This document shows positions 14,789 through 43,808 of a stretch of 64,000 bases of DNA, piece by piece. Source of the stretch: Auanema rhodensis. Taxonomy: Eukaryota > Animalia > Nematoda. Each line of letters starts with the position of its first letter. The first letter of the stretch is position 1. The notes under the pieces are model-generated. The model was not told the DNA's origin. It made no database searches and saw only the letters and a program-made list of their open reading frames with translations. The position numbers and the translations under genes are program-made. The stretch spans positions 14,756,001 through 14,820,000 of the forward strand of contig OZ059897.1 of the NCBI GenBank assembly GCA_964057225.1, written 5' to 3'.

Positions 14789-17097
14789 ACAAGCGATTTT
14801 GGAGGCTGGACTATTAAAAGGGAAAATGGAAAAATATTAATATGGAGGTGAAATGAAGAGATGAGCCCATTTCCCATTCTATTCATTTCATCCAACTTTA
14901 TTCATCTTTATTCATCTTTTTCAGTTAAATTTGTAATTTTACGATTTTTAGTCTTCTGTTTTCCAGAAAAAAAAGAGAGAAAGAATAATATTTGAAAGAA
15001 CATTTATAAAGATTTTTTGATTTACATAGATTAATACTAAATAATTTGAACGACGCTATAATGATGAAAATTATGACGTTATGATAAAAGCTTTTGAAAA
15101 CTAAGTAGTATTATGAATTAAATAGTTCAAATGCTGTTTATTGTTGTGAAATAACCTTATTAAAGTCTCTCTATATATAGTATATATGTATATATACTTG
15201 GATATAAAATTATTGGTGATGACCAGCTGCTTTATTTCTGACTAATCAGCTTCCAATAATAGGTTTTCATTCATCTTCTTTCTTCTTCTACTTCTTCTTT
15301 GCTATTTCTTCTTCTTCTTCTTATGTTTCTACATATTTATTATTTCTTAATTTCAAAAAGTTTTAAATGTTAATGTAAAGTTTATACTTAAAGTATATTA
15401 TTAAGTATATATGTATATAAGTAATGTTGGATATTGAAACATACTTTGTCTTCCATCTTCATTTATCACAATTTTTTCTTTTTTTTATGAACTTTTATAT
15501 TTTACTTTATAATATATAAAAACATATACATATCTATATACATATCTAACACTTCTTTTTGGTTCCAGAAATAATTATATTAACTTATAAGGAAAAATCA
15601 ATAAATGTTTGTTGTCTTTCAACAATAGTTCTTGAATTTGATTTGATTTTTTTTCTTCTGTTTTCTAGTTCAAGTGTCTACTAATTACATTACGTAAAAA
15701 ATTAGACGAAAGACATTCTAAAAGAAACAGCTGGCAGATGACGTCATGATGTGATGCCTTCTGTTTTTATAAAAGGTTAGACTATCCTTTATAAAGAAAT
15801 GATGTGTGAAATAACATATTTCTTAAATGAAAATAAAGAATAAAATGCAAATCTGAGAGAAAACTTGAGCTTTGTCATTATAGTTGCATTCGTGACAATC
15901 AAATAAAATACGGATGGTTTGATTATATTTGAAGAAGATATTGGTGATGTATTTGACGTTTAATTACGTGTGAAGAAGTTGCCATTCTCCCTTCAGAAGC
16001 TTTGACGTGAAAGAGAAAAATGAAGGAGATGAAAAAGAATTTTCTCTCATCTTGTATATTCCTCTTTCTCAACACAAAACCTTGATCGATAGAATTAGTT
16101 TTCATTCATTACGAATTTGATGGTTAAAATTATAAAATAAGAAGAAAAAAAAAGATTTTATTCTGATAAAATGAAAAAAATTACAAAATAATTTGAATTT
16201 ATTTTATATTTTCGTAAGAAATATATTTGAACTTTATTGCCATTCTTCAAAATTTCTTTTTGAATATATTAAATTTTTGTTTAAAATTGTTTTACCCTTT
16301 TGTCTCACTTCGATCTTTTAAGACTAATTTTCTTCTCTTTTTTTGAACATTTTAAGCTTATTTCAAGTTTAAAACACCAAAAAGATGTCTAATTTTCCTC
16401 AAATTCTTTAGTTGAAAATGAAAACATTTTTTCAGAACAAAGATTATCTAATGAAATATACATGTCATTCACCTAGTATCATATCCATTTCCTTTCTTTC
16501 TGACCCTGCTCTTTCCATAAAACTTTTTACAAATTGATGTCAACATTTCTGCTTTTCAACGAAAAATATTTAGATCTACTTACTTCATCCCAGTTCTTTT
16601 TTGAATAATTGTTAATAAAAACCTTTATAATAATATCATTGATTTTAATTTTTCTATTTTATTTTAATAAATATAATTGGAATAATATATTTTATTAATT
16701 ATTTTTAAATGTTAATATATTCTTTTTATTCTATATGTATAATTATTTTTTTATTCTTTATTATAAAATAAAATTTCAATTATTAAGTTTTGCTATCCTT
16801 TTTCTGAAGCATTTGAATGAAATTTTTTTTATCAATAGACATCGTTAGGTTTTGCTTGAAACATCTATTTAGAAAGTATTTGAAATATTACTGAATCAAA
16901 TAATCAAATTTTGCGACAACATTTTCATTCTTTAACTTTTTTTTTTTTAAATTTGATTTTTTTCTAAACTTACTACGTATCTTGTTATTTCATAATATTT
17001 TTATTTATTTATATTATTTAGGATATTGTTTTTTTGCGACATAAATGGTTCAATTGATAACTGAAGATTTCTAAAACTCTAGGCATTCATCCTCAAA

Positions 17098-28503
<11,406 letters not shown>

Positions 28504-31500
28504 ACAAAATATGTTTTTTTTTATTTACAGAATTACATATAGAATGATTTGAATTGAAGAAGTATACGATTATACACTCGCAACATTTGGTAGTTTGCTT
28601 TAATTCTGTGTTCTTAGAAACATTTATGTTTCCGGCACGAATAGACTCATTAACCATCTTTCTTTCTTTTATTCGTTTTTATGGATCTTAAATAGGGTTG
28701 GATTCACATTTCATTTTGTTAACATTGCTTTAATGACTTGAATAACAAATCTGCAATAACAATTGAACTGTATAAGCTTTCTTCTATGTAATGAGACAAA
28801 CTAATTTTCTTCTCGTTTCACTAGTACAATTCAATTGAATTACTGATTTACCAGCTGCCAACTCAGATCTGAGTCATGACTGGCCATTTGTAGTTTCATC
28901 TTCTATTTACTTCTGTTTCACCGAAATCAAGTTCTCTTCATTGTTTTTTCAAATATTTTTTTATTTCTTGAAAACTAATGGATTTATCTTGAAGCATATT
29001 TGTTTTCTTATGTTGTGAACAATCAAAAATTAATTTATTATGAAAGAATTGTGCAGAATATTTCTTAGTTTTGATTTATCTTTATGTTCTTTCTGTATCT
29101 TGTTTCAACCTATTGAATGTAAACCTTCTTTATCATTGTGTAGATCTACTTACCGCAAAGTTTTTCCTGTCCTGCCTAATTTTTGAATGTTTCTTTGATT
29201 CTAATCGAAATTTCTTTTTTTTTGTTCTTGTCTTCACATTATTCTTGAAGAAAATAGTATAAATTTCATGATATAACTTAACCAGCTGTCTAAAATTATT
29301 TGAATTTAGTGAACTATCACCCCAATTTGCTATGCATTACTCATGGTGTCTGTAATGAATATATTTAAAGATTAGTTCCTTTCAATTAAATATTTCATCA
29401 TCATCATCATCAATGTTTTCTTATTTGAAGACCATACTGTCTTTTCAGTTTTTCAAATTTGTTATCCTGCAAGCCCTGTGTTAATGAAACATCAATATGG
29501 CATAGATTTGTATTTCATCATCATCATCGATGAAGCAATCGTTGTTTCACATCATAATCTAAATTTGGATTTGAATTCAAAAATCTGTTTATTCTTCATT
29601 ATATGATCGGCAGTTTTGGTGCTGCTCCATCATTCTCCTATACCATCGTATGACGGATCTACGAAGGCAAGGTGTAGGCTGACGGATGAGTTTAATTCAT
29701 GTGAAGAAGTAACATTGTTATAAATAGTAGCAATGACAATAGCAATCATGATATTGTTGTTGTAGGCATCAACGCTCACTCACATTCAAGACGACGACAT
29801 CTCCGTCCTTTTTTTATAATCAGCTCTACTCCATCGTCTTGGTGGGTATTCCGGCTGCTCAACGTCGTCCACATCGCGCAGATGAACGATGAGTTTAGCG
29901 ACAAAAGCCATCAATCAAGGTTTGGCGCCCATGATGCATGCAATATAGATAAATGAAGAGACTGAGAATGAAGAAGAGGAAGATAGAAAACCGAGAGGCT
30001 AGGAATTGCCATCTGGTCCTCTACATGTAACTTCCCTCCCTTCTTTGCTTTCCCTCTCTCTCTCTCTTTCTCTCTCAATGTATTTCGATTTCTCTCTATA
30101 TTTCTCTCTCTCTTTTCTCGTTCATATTTATTCTCATTTGCTTTCTTGATACATTTCTTCTGGGTGTATTGCTATGTTCAAGCTCATCGTTCTATTATTT
30201 CAAATAGTTCATACAGAACTAATGCATTACTCTTTCCATTCCCCAGACATTAAGCTAACTTCAGCTATGATCATGATTTGATTGAGCCTATGAATGTATT
30301 TCTTTTAGTTGAATGAATTTTGCTTTTCAATTTGATTAAAATATCGTTTAAAACTAAGAACGAGAGGACAAGTTCGAGATAGATGATTACGTCATTTATC
30401 ACCGGATGCTGGAGTTTGCTACTCTCTACTTCAAGGGAATACGAGAGAGATAGGGCAGGATAACTGATTGCTGAGAGGAGAGATCGAGGACGAAAAGAGT
30501 TGGCAAACCCCTCTTGCTTCTATCATTCTTCTCTAGCTCTCTTCTGTTGCCCAAGGCGATGGATTTGTAATCAGTCACTCCACTCCAAAGACTCCATCCA
30601 AGCTTAAGCTTCTGCCTGCTCCTAGAGAAAAAGTGTTGGGTTTGGCTACATTTAATTTTTTCCAAACAACTTATTCCAAAATGAAAGTGAAATTATAGAA
30701 GCAGTTATTATATTGTGTCGTATACTGTGCAGATGTTCCATTTTGATGTAAATGTCGAAAGATAGTTCGTGTTTGTCTCAGATTTTCCTGATTGGCTCAT
30801 CTTTTTTGACTATACATATCTATTTTAGCTAATGTAACACATCAACTCTGAGATATAACTGTTTTTTTTTAGAAAAAAGTCTACCAAATTCCTATATTGC
30901 TTTCTTCTTCTATTTCTTCTTCTTCTTCTTTTTCTTCTTCTTTGAACAACTTAATCTTTTCTTCTTGTCCTTATGAAACAGCTGTTAGAGTTTCCTTCAA
31001 ATTAGTCACAGTTAAGGTGCGCAAGTAACAGTAAATTAGAAAACATTGATTCAAATATATTTCTATAAATCTTTATATATTATATTTCTTATCGTTCAAC
31101 ATGTTCTGACTAAATGATTCATATTATGATCATTTCTTGAATAAAAAAGATTTACGAGCTGTTACTATTTGATAGTAAGCGTTCCTAGTTAGATAGATAG
31201 ATATTAGACATTAAATTATTATCTTTAGTTTTTTTTTATATATTATTCGCATAGTTTATTTTCTTTTAAACAATAATAATATTAATATATATATATATAT
31301 ATAGTTTATTATTATTATTGTTGTAAAAGTCGGAGTCTTAATCAGTTTTGTTTCGTGGTATCGTTCATTTGCAATATGCAATAATAAAGCTAGAATTTTG
31401 AAACAAAATAACTTTTTTTATAATTTATATAAATAGTTCAATATCTTAAGTTTTTAATGTTCTCATGGTTATTGATTTGTTGATTTCCTTATCAGGGGCT

Positions 31501-34500
31501 CTCTAGCTTATCTAGCTCTTCAGTTTTACTCTCCTTTTCTTACTTTATCTCTAACTCTATGTGTTCTGTTTTTCCCATTCATCTTTGTGTCTACCTCTTA
31601 TTCTGATAATGGTCCTTCACATATAATTTATTACAAAAAGGCCTCTTAATTTGACCACATAATTCTTTGCTATTGCAATCTTCTTACTTGCTAACTCTTT
31701 TTTTCTTTATCTCTCATCAATTCATATACACTTTAGTTTATCTTCTTTCTATCATCTGAACTATAAGTGTTAAATCCATCACTAGACAATCTTTAATTTC
31801 TATATAATCTATCTCTTCTAATTTATAAAATATTCAATTGATTTCTGATATGTTGATTATCATATAACTATGTACATATAAAGTTACACACATCTGTTCT
31901 CTCTAACATCACCAACTTTGGACTTAATCGGCAAACTTTTATCATTTTCAGCCTTTTATGGCCTATATATCAGCTACTTTGTCTGCTGATGCTTTTCATT
32001 TTCTTTTAATTGCTTAAAGCAATAGTTGCATTCAAGCTGCCAAGTTGTTGTTGATAGTTCACTAAATTTCACATTCACAAATCATTTTATTTCCTCATAA
32101 AAGTTATTTTGCCCTAAAACAATCAAAGTTGATTAATTGTCTTTTTATTTAATAAATACTTATGTTTCTGCTTATCATTTAAATGGCTTGAACCTCATTT
32201 GGCAGTCTTTTGCACTTGACACCGATGGTGATTTATGATTGGATCATGATGAGTTGCACCGGGAGGTTGATGGTTAGTAGAACAGGCAGGGCGACGACAC
32301 TACATTGAATTCTCTTTTTCCTATTACTTCTTCCCTTCTGTATATTTTTTGGCCTAATGCCATATGTTATATTATTACTTTTATATATCATTTATTGTTT
32401 TTCTTTTCATTTATTTTTGAATATATTCAGTCATATAAAAAAATCTAATTTATATACACGTATTCATTTATTCTTTTCAAAAATTTAAAATCATTTTAAT
32501 TTTGATTACGAACTTTTTTGTAGCCATTGTCTTATAATTCTCAGACCCCAAACTGCAAATGATTTTAATCCGATTATTATGTTTTGATATGATTTCAAAT
32601 TTCACCAGTTAATCATCCAGCAACAGCATTCGTATTCTAGAAAAAAGTAGTTTGATTCTCTATGTGTGTGAGTAGTCATGATGTTGAAAATTCTTTTTTT
32701 TTCCTCAGATTGTCCATCTGGTTTAGTTTCAGAATAATCATATTACATATTTGGTGGTAGACTTTGGTTTTTATATTTCTCACTTTCCACTTTACTATAG
32801 TTTTTTTGATGATGAATTATTATATTCTCAATTTTCTTATATTTATAAGCTAATAATTCAATTTTTATAGATTATAATGTGTAAAGTCAAAACTTATAGT
32901 ATTTACTCTACTCATATGTTATAAAAAAACGTTAAAGTAGTAGCTTTAATGAATCTATTTCACCCCTTATATACTCATGTTAATTTTTAAAAAATACTGG
33001 AACTCCGAAATCTATTTTGAATTTTATTCATTATTCTTATACTATAGAGTTAGAGAGAGAATATTATTACCGAATGAGAATCTTGATCCAGCTTAATCTC
33101 TCAATGAAGCCGCCTGATGAGTCGGCATTGCTTTAGCAATGTCCATATCGAGAAACAATTGTGAAAATCAAAGTGAAGGAAAGGATGAGCGAGATGGAAG
33201 AGAATTGCGAGAAAGAATGAGAGGGGTCACATCCTATTGGGTAGTAGACTTCTTAGAGTGTTGGCTGTTGTAGGATGGATAAGAAGCAGAACAAGAGACA
33301 GAAGCAAGATGGATGGTATGATGTCCATATCCCTGCTGTTCAGCTCACTCTCTTTCTATCTATTCCATCTTCCTCTTCTTCTTCACCTCTTTTCCTGGTT
33401 CAATAGCAAAATATACCTTAAGCTGGCAAATACAAAGGGCCAAACAAATATTTCATCCATTGCCTCCATGAAGCTTACAAATCGTTGTTGAGCAAATCGT
33501 TGCTTCGATACTCTGCCTATCATTTTCTCTTGTAGCATACGAAATCCTTGCGCTGGTACTGGCTTTCTGTGCCAGATGCTTGTCATCCATCTTGTATGTC
33601 TGTTTGTCTGTCAGTCAGTCAGTCAGTTCTTCCTTCTTGCCCTGTCTATTTCCAATCCCTCTCTCTCTCTATATTACTTACTTCCTCTTATTGCTATCAG
33701 TAACCTCCTACACGTCTCCATACACAGAAGACGAAAGAGACAGAACGAACCGCCCTCTTAATCCTCGCCAAGCACGCCAGCAGCAGTAGCAGCAGATTGT
33801 TCTTCTTGCTAAGCAGGCGCTCTCGACCACGTCGAACATGATGGCGATGGCAACGTCGGCACCAAAGACAATATGTAAGGTTTTATGGTCAAAATTCCCT
33901 TGAGAACTATTGACCTCCCATCATCCTGGATCAGCCGCATACAATCTGGGCACAATCAACAACCAATCAAAGTATCCAGAAGAGTATCGTTCATCATTTC
34001 AGTATCTTATTTAGTCTCAATATATTTGGACAGTTTTTGATGCTTTTATTACGTCTTATCTTATGTGAATTAACCATATGAACTTAATATATTTAAATGT
34101 CTACTAATCTTTATATATATAGAGTATATGGTTATTCAATCATGTCTAATTATCATTTAATTTTTAAATCTTAATCTTAAACTATTTAAATATTTCATTT
34201 AATCTATATTGTGTTCTAAGAAAAACCTGATTTTATAAGGTTTTTCTATGCTGAGGTCCGTTCAATGACTTCGAATGGCTTTGCCTGAAAAATGGAACAG
34301 CTGCATGTACTGTCATCTTTTTGTTTCTTTCGAAGGGGTTAAATGGAAATAGAACTAACCTCCGAATAGGGTTTCTTTTATTCATCCTCTATATTTGTCT
34401 TGATTGTTTCTATCTTTTAATTCTGATTCTCATTTGTTTTGTCACTGTATTTCACGTCATCTGCTCATTCGTCTCTCGGTCACTGTCTTTGAATCAATTC

Positions 34501-35849
34501 AATATCAACCTTCCATCTTATTTTTCTTTCACTCTCTATGTATTATAATGGGTTTAAGTTGTTTCTCACAGTTTTCTCTGTATTCTTTTCCAATAGAAAT
34601 AAAACAAAAATGAGAAAATAACGAAAATGGATATTGATGGACCACCCCTTTCACATAATCGAAATATTTAAATTTCGACTGTTTTCTATTCACTATCCGT
34701 CATTCATTCTCTTCCTTTTCTTCTTTTTTTCGCTCTCATGGTGTCCTTTTTGCTCTGAATGTCTCTTCTCATACATGTAGAGATATACAGATATATGTGC
34801 ATGTTATATCAAACTTTTCTCGCTTCATATTTTTTCTTTTCATAGCCTGTCAATCATATGTTATATAACTATTCTTATCCCTTAAGTTCATGTAAATCTT
34901 AACCTAATATTTCTTTTATTGGTCATATAATTGACTTTATGAATATGAACATTCAAACAACTTTATACAATCATATTTTTTGTGGTCTTTTTGATAATTA
35001 CGGTATTAAAATTGCTAATCGAGTTTCTCCAGCTCTTATACAGAGCATCGTATCGACTTTTTCAAGCCGATTATAAGCTTTTGATAAAATTTGATGACGC
35101 TAAGACTAAGTAGTTATTGATTACCGTATCTTGTACCTATAACTAGCTTAAAACTATGAAATACTGTTGCAGATACCTTTATCTATTCTAAGTTCCAATA
35201 AATTATTTATATGTTACTTCTTCGTTTATTTCGTCATTTTTTAAATTAAAATTATATATATTTCAGTATAAATACAGAAGAATAATGTACAACGTCTTAA
35301 TCATCTAGAAAAACGTAATAAGTGTTTATAACTAGATAGAAGAAAAACGGCTAATAAGGTATAGTTAAATATTATAATGTTTTTCTAATATTAATCTACA
35401 TGCTTAAATTATTTTTTCGAATGTATGAGTAGACACTTATCAAACATTCATCATTTCAAAGTATTTAAGACAATCAAGAGTACAACTTGATATAGATACA
35501 GTGCCTGCTCATTCATCATCTGTGACCCACCATATGCTGTTTTCGATCTGTGGAGCTGAGAAAGAGATCTTATCCTTCAACAGACTTTGCCATTGGCTTT
35601 TCTATCCACTTTCAAACTGACCATAAAAGGACTACTATATATTACAATGCGTTTATGCATAAGCTATTATATCACGCATAATCCCAAACTTTAATATATA
35701 ATATATAGTTTTATCATATTTGATTTTTTTAAAAGTTTTCCAACCACCCTTGAACTCATATTTTCATTCTTACCTATACAGTAAAAAATAATTTTCTTCC
35801 ATTTCTATTAAATATTAAAACAAAGTTTCAGTACTTTCCCCCCTAAAAA

Positions 35850-39515
<3,666 letters not shown>

Positions 39516-41528
39516 TTATTTTTCACTGTATGAAAAGATGAATTAAAACGTGGAGAATACTTGCGTCTAGTTTTGACATTAAACATGGTATGAACATGAG
39601 GGTCTAACGCAATACTAGATACTGTTAATAGAATAAACAGATTTATAACAAATGTTAACAACGTTATTATTTTATTGAATATTAGTAGTATTATTGTTGG
39701 TAGATTTAACCATAATATTGAAGACTAATACATAATTTTTGGCATGCGTATAGGAAATCTTGACGAATGCCAATTGAACATTCACTCAAACAAATTCTTC
39801 TGTTCCAGCAAACGCCTGTCGTCTTTACGACTGCAGTGCAAGATTTTGCCTCCATTCCCTGAGTCTCTGCAATATGCCGCAATGCTATATGTTCTCTAAA
39901 TGTCTGCAGTCTAACAGCCTGACACTGGTCAGCACGCCCTATCCCACAGGTCGAACCCAACGTTTTTTTTCCGACCACAGCACTTCAAGCGTCTATTTTT
40001 TATTTGCATTTTCAACTTAGAATTCAAAATTAGAGGTATTCGTAAATTTCATTTAGTATCTGAAATATATTTCTTCATACACTATGAGGTTATGCTTCGT
40101 TGCTAGTTACGTCGCGCTTCATAACTTTTCAATAACATTGGTTATTGAGTTATACTCCCTTGTTTTACTATTCTTACAAAATGATTAATTTCAATACATC
40201 GATTTCAATTTACCAGCCCTTTTCAATATTAAAAACATCTTATCTTTAATAATCAAGTGAATTAATCTCTAAGTTTTCTTTCACTTAAAATAGTTTTTTG
40301 ATATGAAATAAAATTCTAAAGTTTAATATGAATGTTTTACTACTATGAGTACGTTTATTTTGTTACTTGAATTTTTCCTTTAAGCTCCATTATAAAATAT
40401 GTATTGTTGTTGATATTTTATAAATTAGTTAATTCCTTTTCATAGAACTGTTGTCCATATCGTAATGTTTTAATTATTGCTAAAGTTTGTTCAAATAATT
40501 CACTATTATTAATCAGTTTTCTCTGCATACCATATCATTGAAAGTTTGGAATTTCGTTATCATATTACGTTGGAAATGAACTATATGTTGAAATATCGAA
40601 TTCATTTTCCTCATAATTCGTAAAGTTAAATGTTTTTCAGCATCCTATATGATGACAAAGTATTCTTTTTCAAATTTTGTTCGAGTCATAATTCTATACT
40701 TTATTTTGTATTATTTTTTGTTTGTTCCATGTTTCATCTGTTTCTGTTCTAAGCTTAAAACTATGCCAAGCACTGCCGAGCACAACAGGAACGTGCTAGC
40801 TAAGACCAATGATTGTGACGCTTAAGTATTTCCAGCAAGCAAGAATGTTCTTTATGATCTTAATTTTCTTTTATACATTAACTTTCTTCTTATCTCGTGA
40901 ACTATTCGTAAATTTACTTTTCAACAGTCATTTCTAAAAGAATCATCACCGTTAACCTATTACTTGCACCCAATACAGTTTTTTCTAATCTTTCTTATTT
41001 CTCGAAAAAATTTCATAGAATTTCCTCATCAGCTTAGTTAAACCTGCGGAACGCTATTTTTCCTGACCTTGACCGAACACTTTTAGTATTGACTAGGCTG
41101 TTCAATTAAACTTGATCTGTAGCCTTATTTCGTTACTTTCGGTGATTTAGCCGTTCAACAACGGGTAAAGATAAGCAAATGTTTAAGTATTTAGTGACCG
41201 TAATAGAAAAACAACTAGACTTTTGAAGCCCTATTTTCATATTCACCCTCACAATCTTCACCTTTTGTCTTTCATCGAAGCTTGTTATCGATGGATGGAT
41301 TGATGATTTTCCGTAAACACACCTCAAACTAGCCGTGACTTGCAGATAATAAGAGTGAAACCCGTGACTTCAGTAGATGTGGCTTATCTTACTTCTCACA
41401 TTTCTGCTGTGTCAGTAGTCATTCTGATTTTATCTTGCTTGTTTTGAATCGTTATATCTATTTCATTCGAATATTCATGCTCTTATATTGATGAGTTCAT
41501 ATGTATTTTATTTAATTTCAGGTTTAAA

Positions 41529-42639
41529 ATGCTGAAAAGTGCATTGTCAGCGAAAAATATGGATACAGTATCTACAAAAACTGATGAGGATAAACTTTGG
41601 CAAGCCGATGAGAAGACGATTCCTACTAGAACATATCTTTTCAACGCATGTTTTCGAGATGCAGTAAGTATTACATAATACAATGAATTCTATATCCTTA
41701 ACTTAGGTACGAAAGGGACATATACTTAAGCTGGTTACGTTAATGATTTGTGCATTAATTCATATGTATTACATGAATTCATTTATTAAAACATTTGGTG
41801 CTTATGAAAACATGGTTAACCAGGTAAATCATTACTAAATTCATATTATAATTATTATTTGTTATGTTTACAGGTTGAAATAAGTGGCTCAGCTACGAGG
41901 GATAATATCAGTGAGCTTGATTCTATTCGATTTGTTCTTCGTGTTCTGGTTGATGTATGTTTTATTTCTTAATTCTAATTTTCTTATTTTTTCTTTTAAA
42001 GTATAAGAAAAATCTTTGGATTACGGTTGGTGCTATGTGCGCTTTACTTGCCACATCATCTTTCTTTGTTCTTCTTCTTGATGAGAGCCGATTCAATAAG
42101 TTAATTAAAATCCTTGTAAGTCCATTGATATACAATTCAGAATTCAGAACTATTTTTTAGATTTGTATCGTTGATATGATCGTTTTCATTGTTCTTCCTG
42201 GTTTGTTTATTGCACGTAAAATTAGTGCTATAAATCTTAAAAAATATTGGCCTGATGCTCTTAATTCTGCCAATCGTCTTATCAATATTAATGATTTCAT
42301 GAATGATTTGAGATGCTCAGTTACTGAAAGAGAAAATGTAGGTTTTCGTGTATGAAACAGTTTTCATTTTTTGTTATTTCAGTTGCCACCATGCTCCGAA
42401 GTTGTTCTTGCTTCAATCTTTCCAGTAAAGGCAAGTTTTTGAAAAATATATAGATAGTAATAACTTATCTTTTTGTATTTTAGGTTCTTGAATATTTAGT
42501 TATTCTTTGTGTGCTTACTGGTGCTTATATCGCTCTTGCTTACCTCATCGAATATTGTATTCGTCATTTCTTCCCACCATCTAAACGTACGAAGAGTAGA
42601 AAGGAAGCTACTGAACCCTTGGTTGCTCCTCCTGTCTAA
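41529..42639 (+). CDS. Uncharacterised multi-exon membrane protein with ~4 TM helices (tetraspanin-like layout)
   Basis: TTTCAG then ATG at 41529. Hydrophobic exons (KLVTLMICALIH, LWITVGAMCALLATSSFF, ICIVDMIVFIVLPGLF, YLVILCVLTGAYIALAYLI) flank a Cys-containing loop (LRCS..LPPC). Stop at 42637-42639. No CCG motif. Confidence 0.7.
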
Positions 42640-43513
42640 TTTTCCTGATTTTATTCGTGCATTACTTTTCAATGAGTGCTCATATTTAGAAATGAAACAC
42701 CCAACTGATTTACAATTACGATGTATGAGTTCACTGTTGGGTGTTATGTTTTTTTAAATTCAACCACTTGTAGCTTTATCCTCTCATCTAAACTGGTTCA
42801 GATAGACCTTTGATCGGTCTGTACTTTTGTTTAATAACTCCACCTTCCATGTCGTTTCATGGGGCAATATGTATAAATCATCTCGTCCGTTACCTCACTT
42901 CCTTAGCTTCCTTATTTCGTAGAGACTGTGCATTACTATGAGGCTGGAAAAATCATTTGCCACTTATTCCCAAATATCCGTTCAACGGTGATAATTCAGC
43001 ACAGCTTTTCAACGCATTTTCTTTTTTTCTGAGCTAAAGCTGCATTTTATATGTTAAGCGAGTGTAAATGTCGAATTCCGAGGTCTGGTGCTTTTGGAAC
43101 TGCCATGCTTTATGGGATTCATTCACATTTTTTTTGAAATTGTCGGCTATGCCTCTTACGTTTCATATACTTCAGCTGGACCCTGATATAATCCGTGATT
43201 ACTCTTTATATTTTTGTAAATATTTTGTGATTTAATGCATTAATATTCTACATGGATTATATCCGTTGGAACGAAAGCCTGAAGGTTATGTATATCCTAT
43301 CTATGTTCCTGATGTTCTTATGTATTACTGAATATAGACTTGATTCATGTTTCAATCATTTTGTAAATTTACTGATATCTCTCTGAGCATACCACGATTC
43401 GTTAATACTCAATCATATTATGCGTAATAAATATAAAACTTGTTTCTAATTGTATATCACAAGTTACTCTAACACTATAAATGCCTTTTAACATGTATGC
43501 TAAAGAAATCGCC

Positions 43514-43622
43514 ACTAGCAGCATGATGCCGTCTGAAGAGTAGGATCGCCGTAAGTGATGTAACTACCACAACAACATGAACAACTTTTTTGATTTAATT
43601 CAGGCAATTAATCATAACTAGT
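43514..43622 (-). ncRNA. Candidate structured small ncRNA of unassigned family
   Basis: Lies at the same distance from a U3-like promoter element as U3 does. Its 5' and 3' ends are complementary (ACUAG/CUAGU, AUGA/UCAU, UGC/GCA, CUGAA/UUCAG) and it has no ORF. Confidence 0.45.
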
Positions 43623-43635
43623 AAGATTATTCACT

Positions 43636-43680
43636 GTAATATCTGAACGAAAGCAATTGGCTCGCTGTATTCGGTATGGG
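43636..43680 (-). promoter_or_regulatory. snRNA-type proximal promoter element, copy A
   Basis: 38/45 identical to 44004-44048, which lies just upstream of U3. Confidence 0.65.
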
Positions 43681-43808
43681 ATGTACACGCTGCCATGCAG
43701 CCTGATGTAGCTTAACAGAGCCGAAAGCAGCATGGAGAGTGATGCGAGAAGGTCGAACTGAACTCGTATTGAAACTCTTTCAAATTTCTTAACGATTAAC
43801 CGAATAAA

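Noticed and set aside
43483-43510. GCCTTTTA resembling U5 snRNA loop I
   Set aside because: The flanking stem and the rest of U5 are absent, and the strand is opposite to the promoter.
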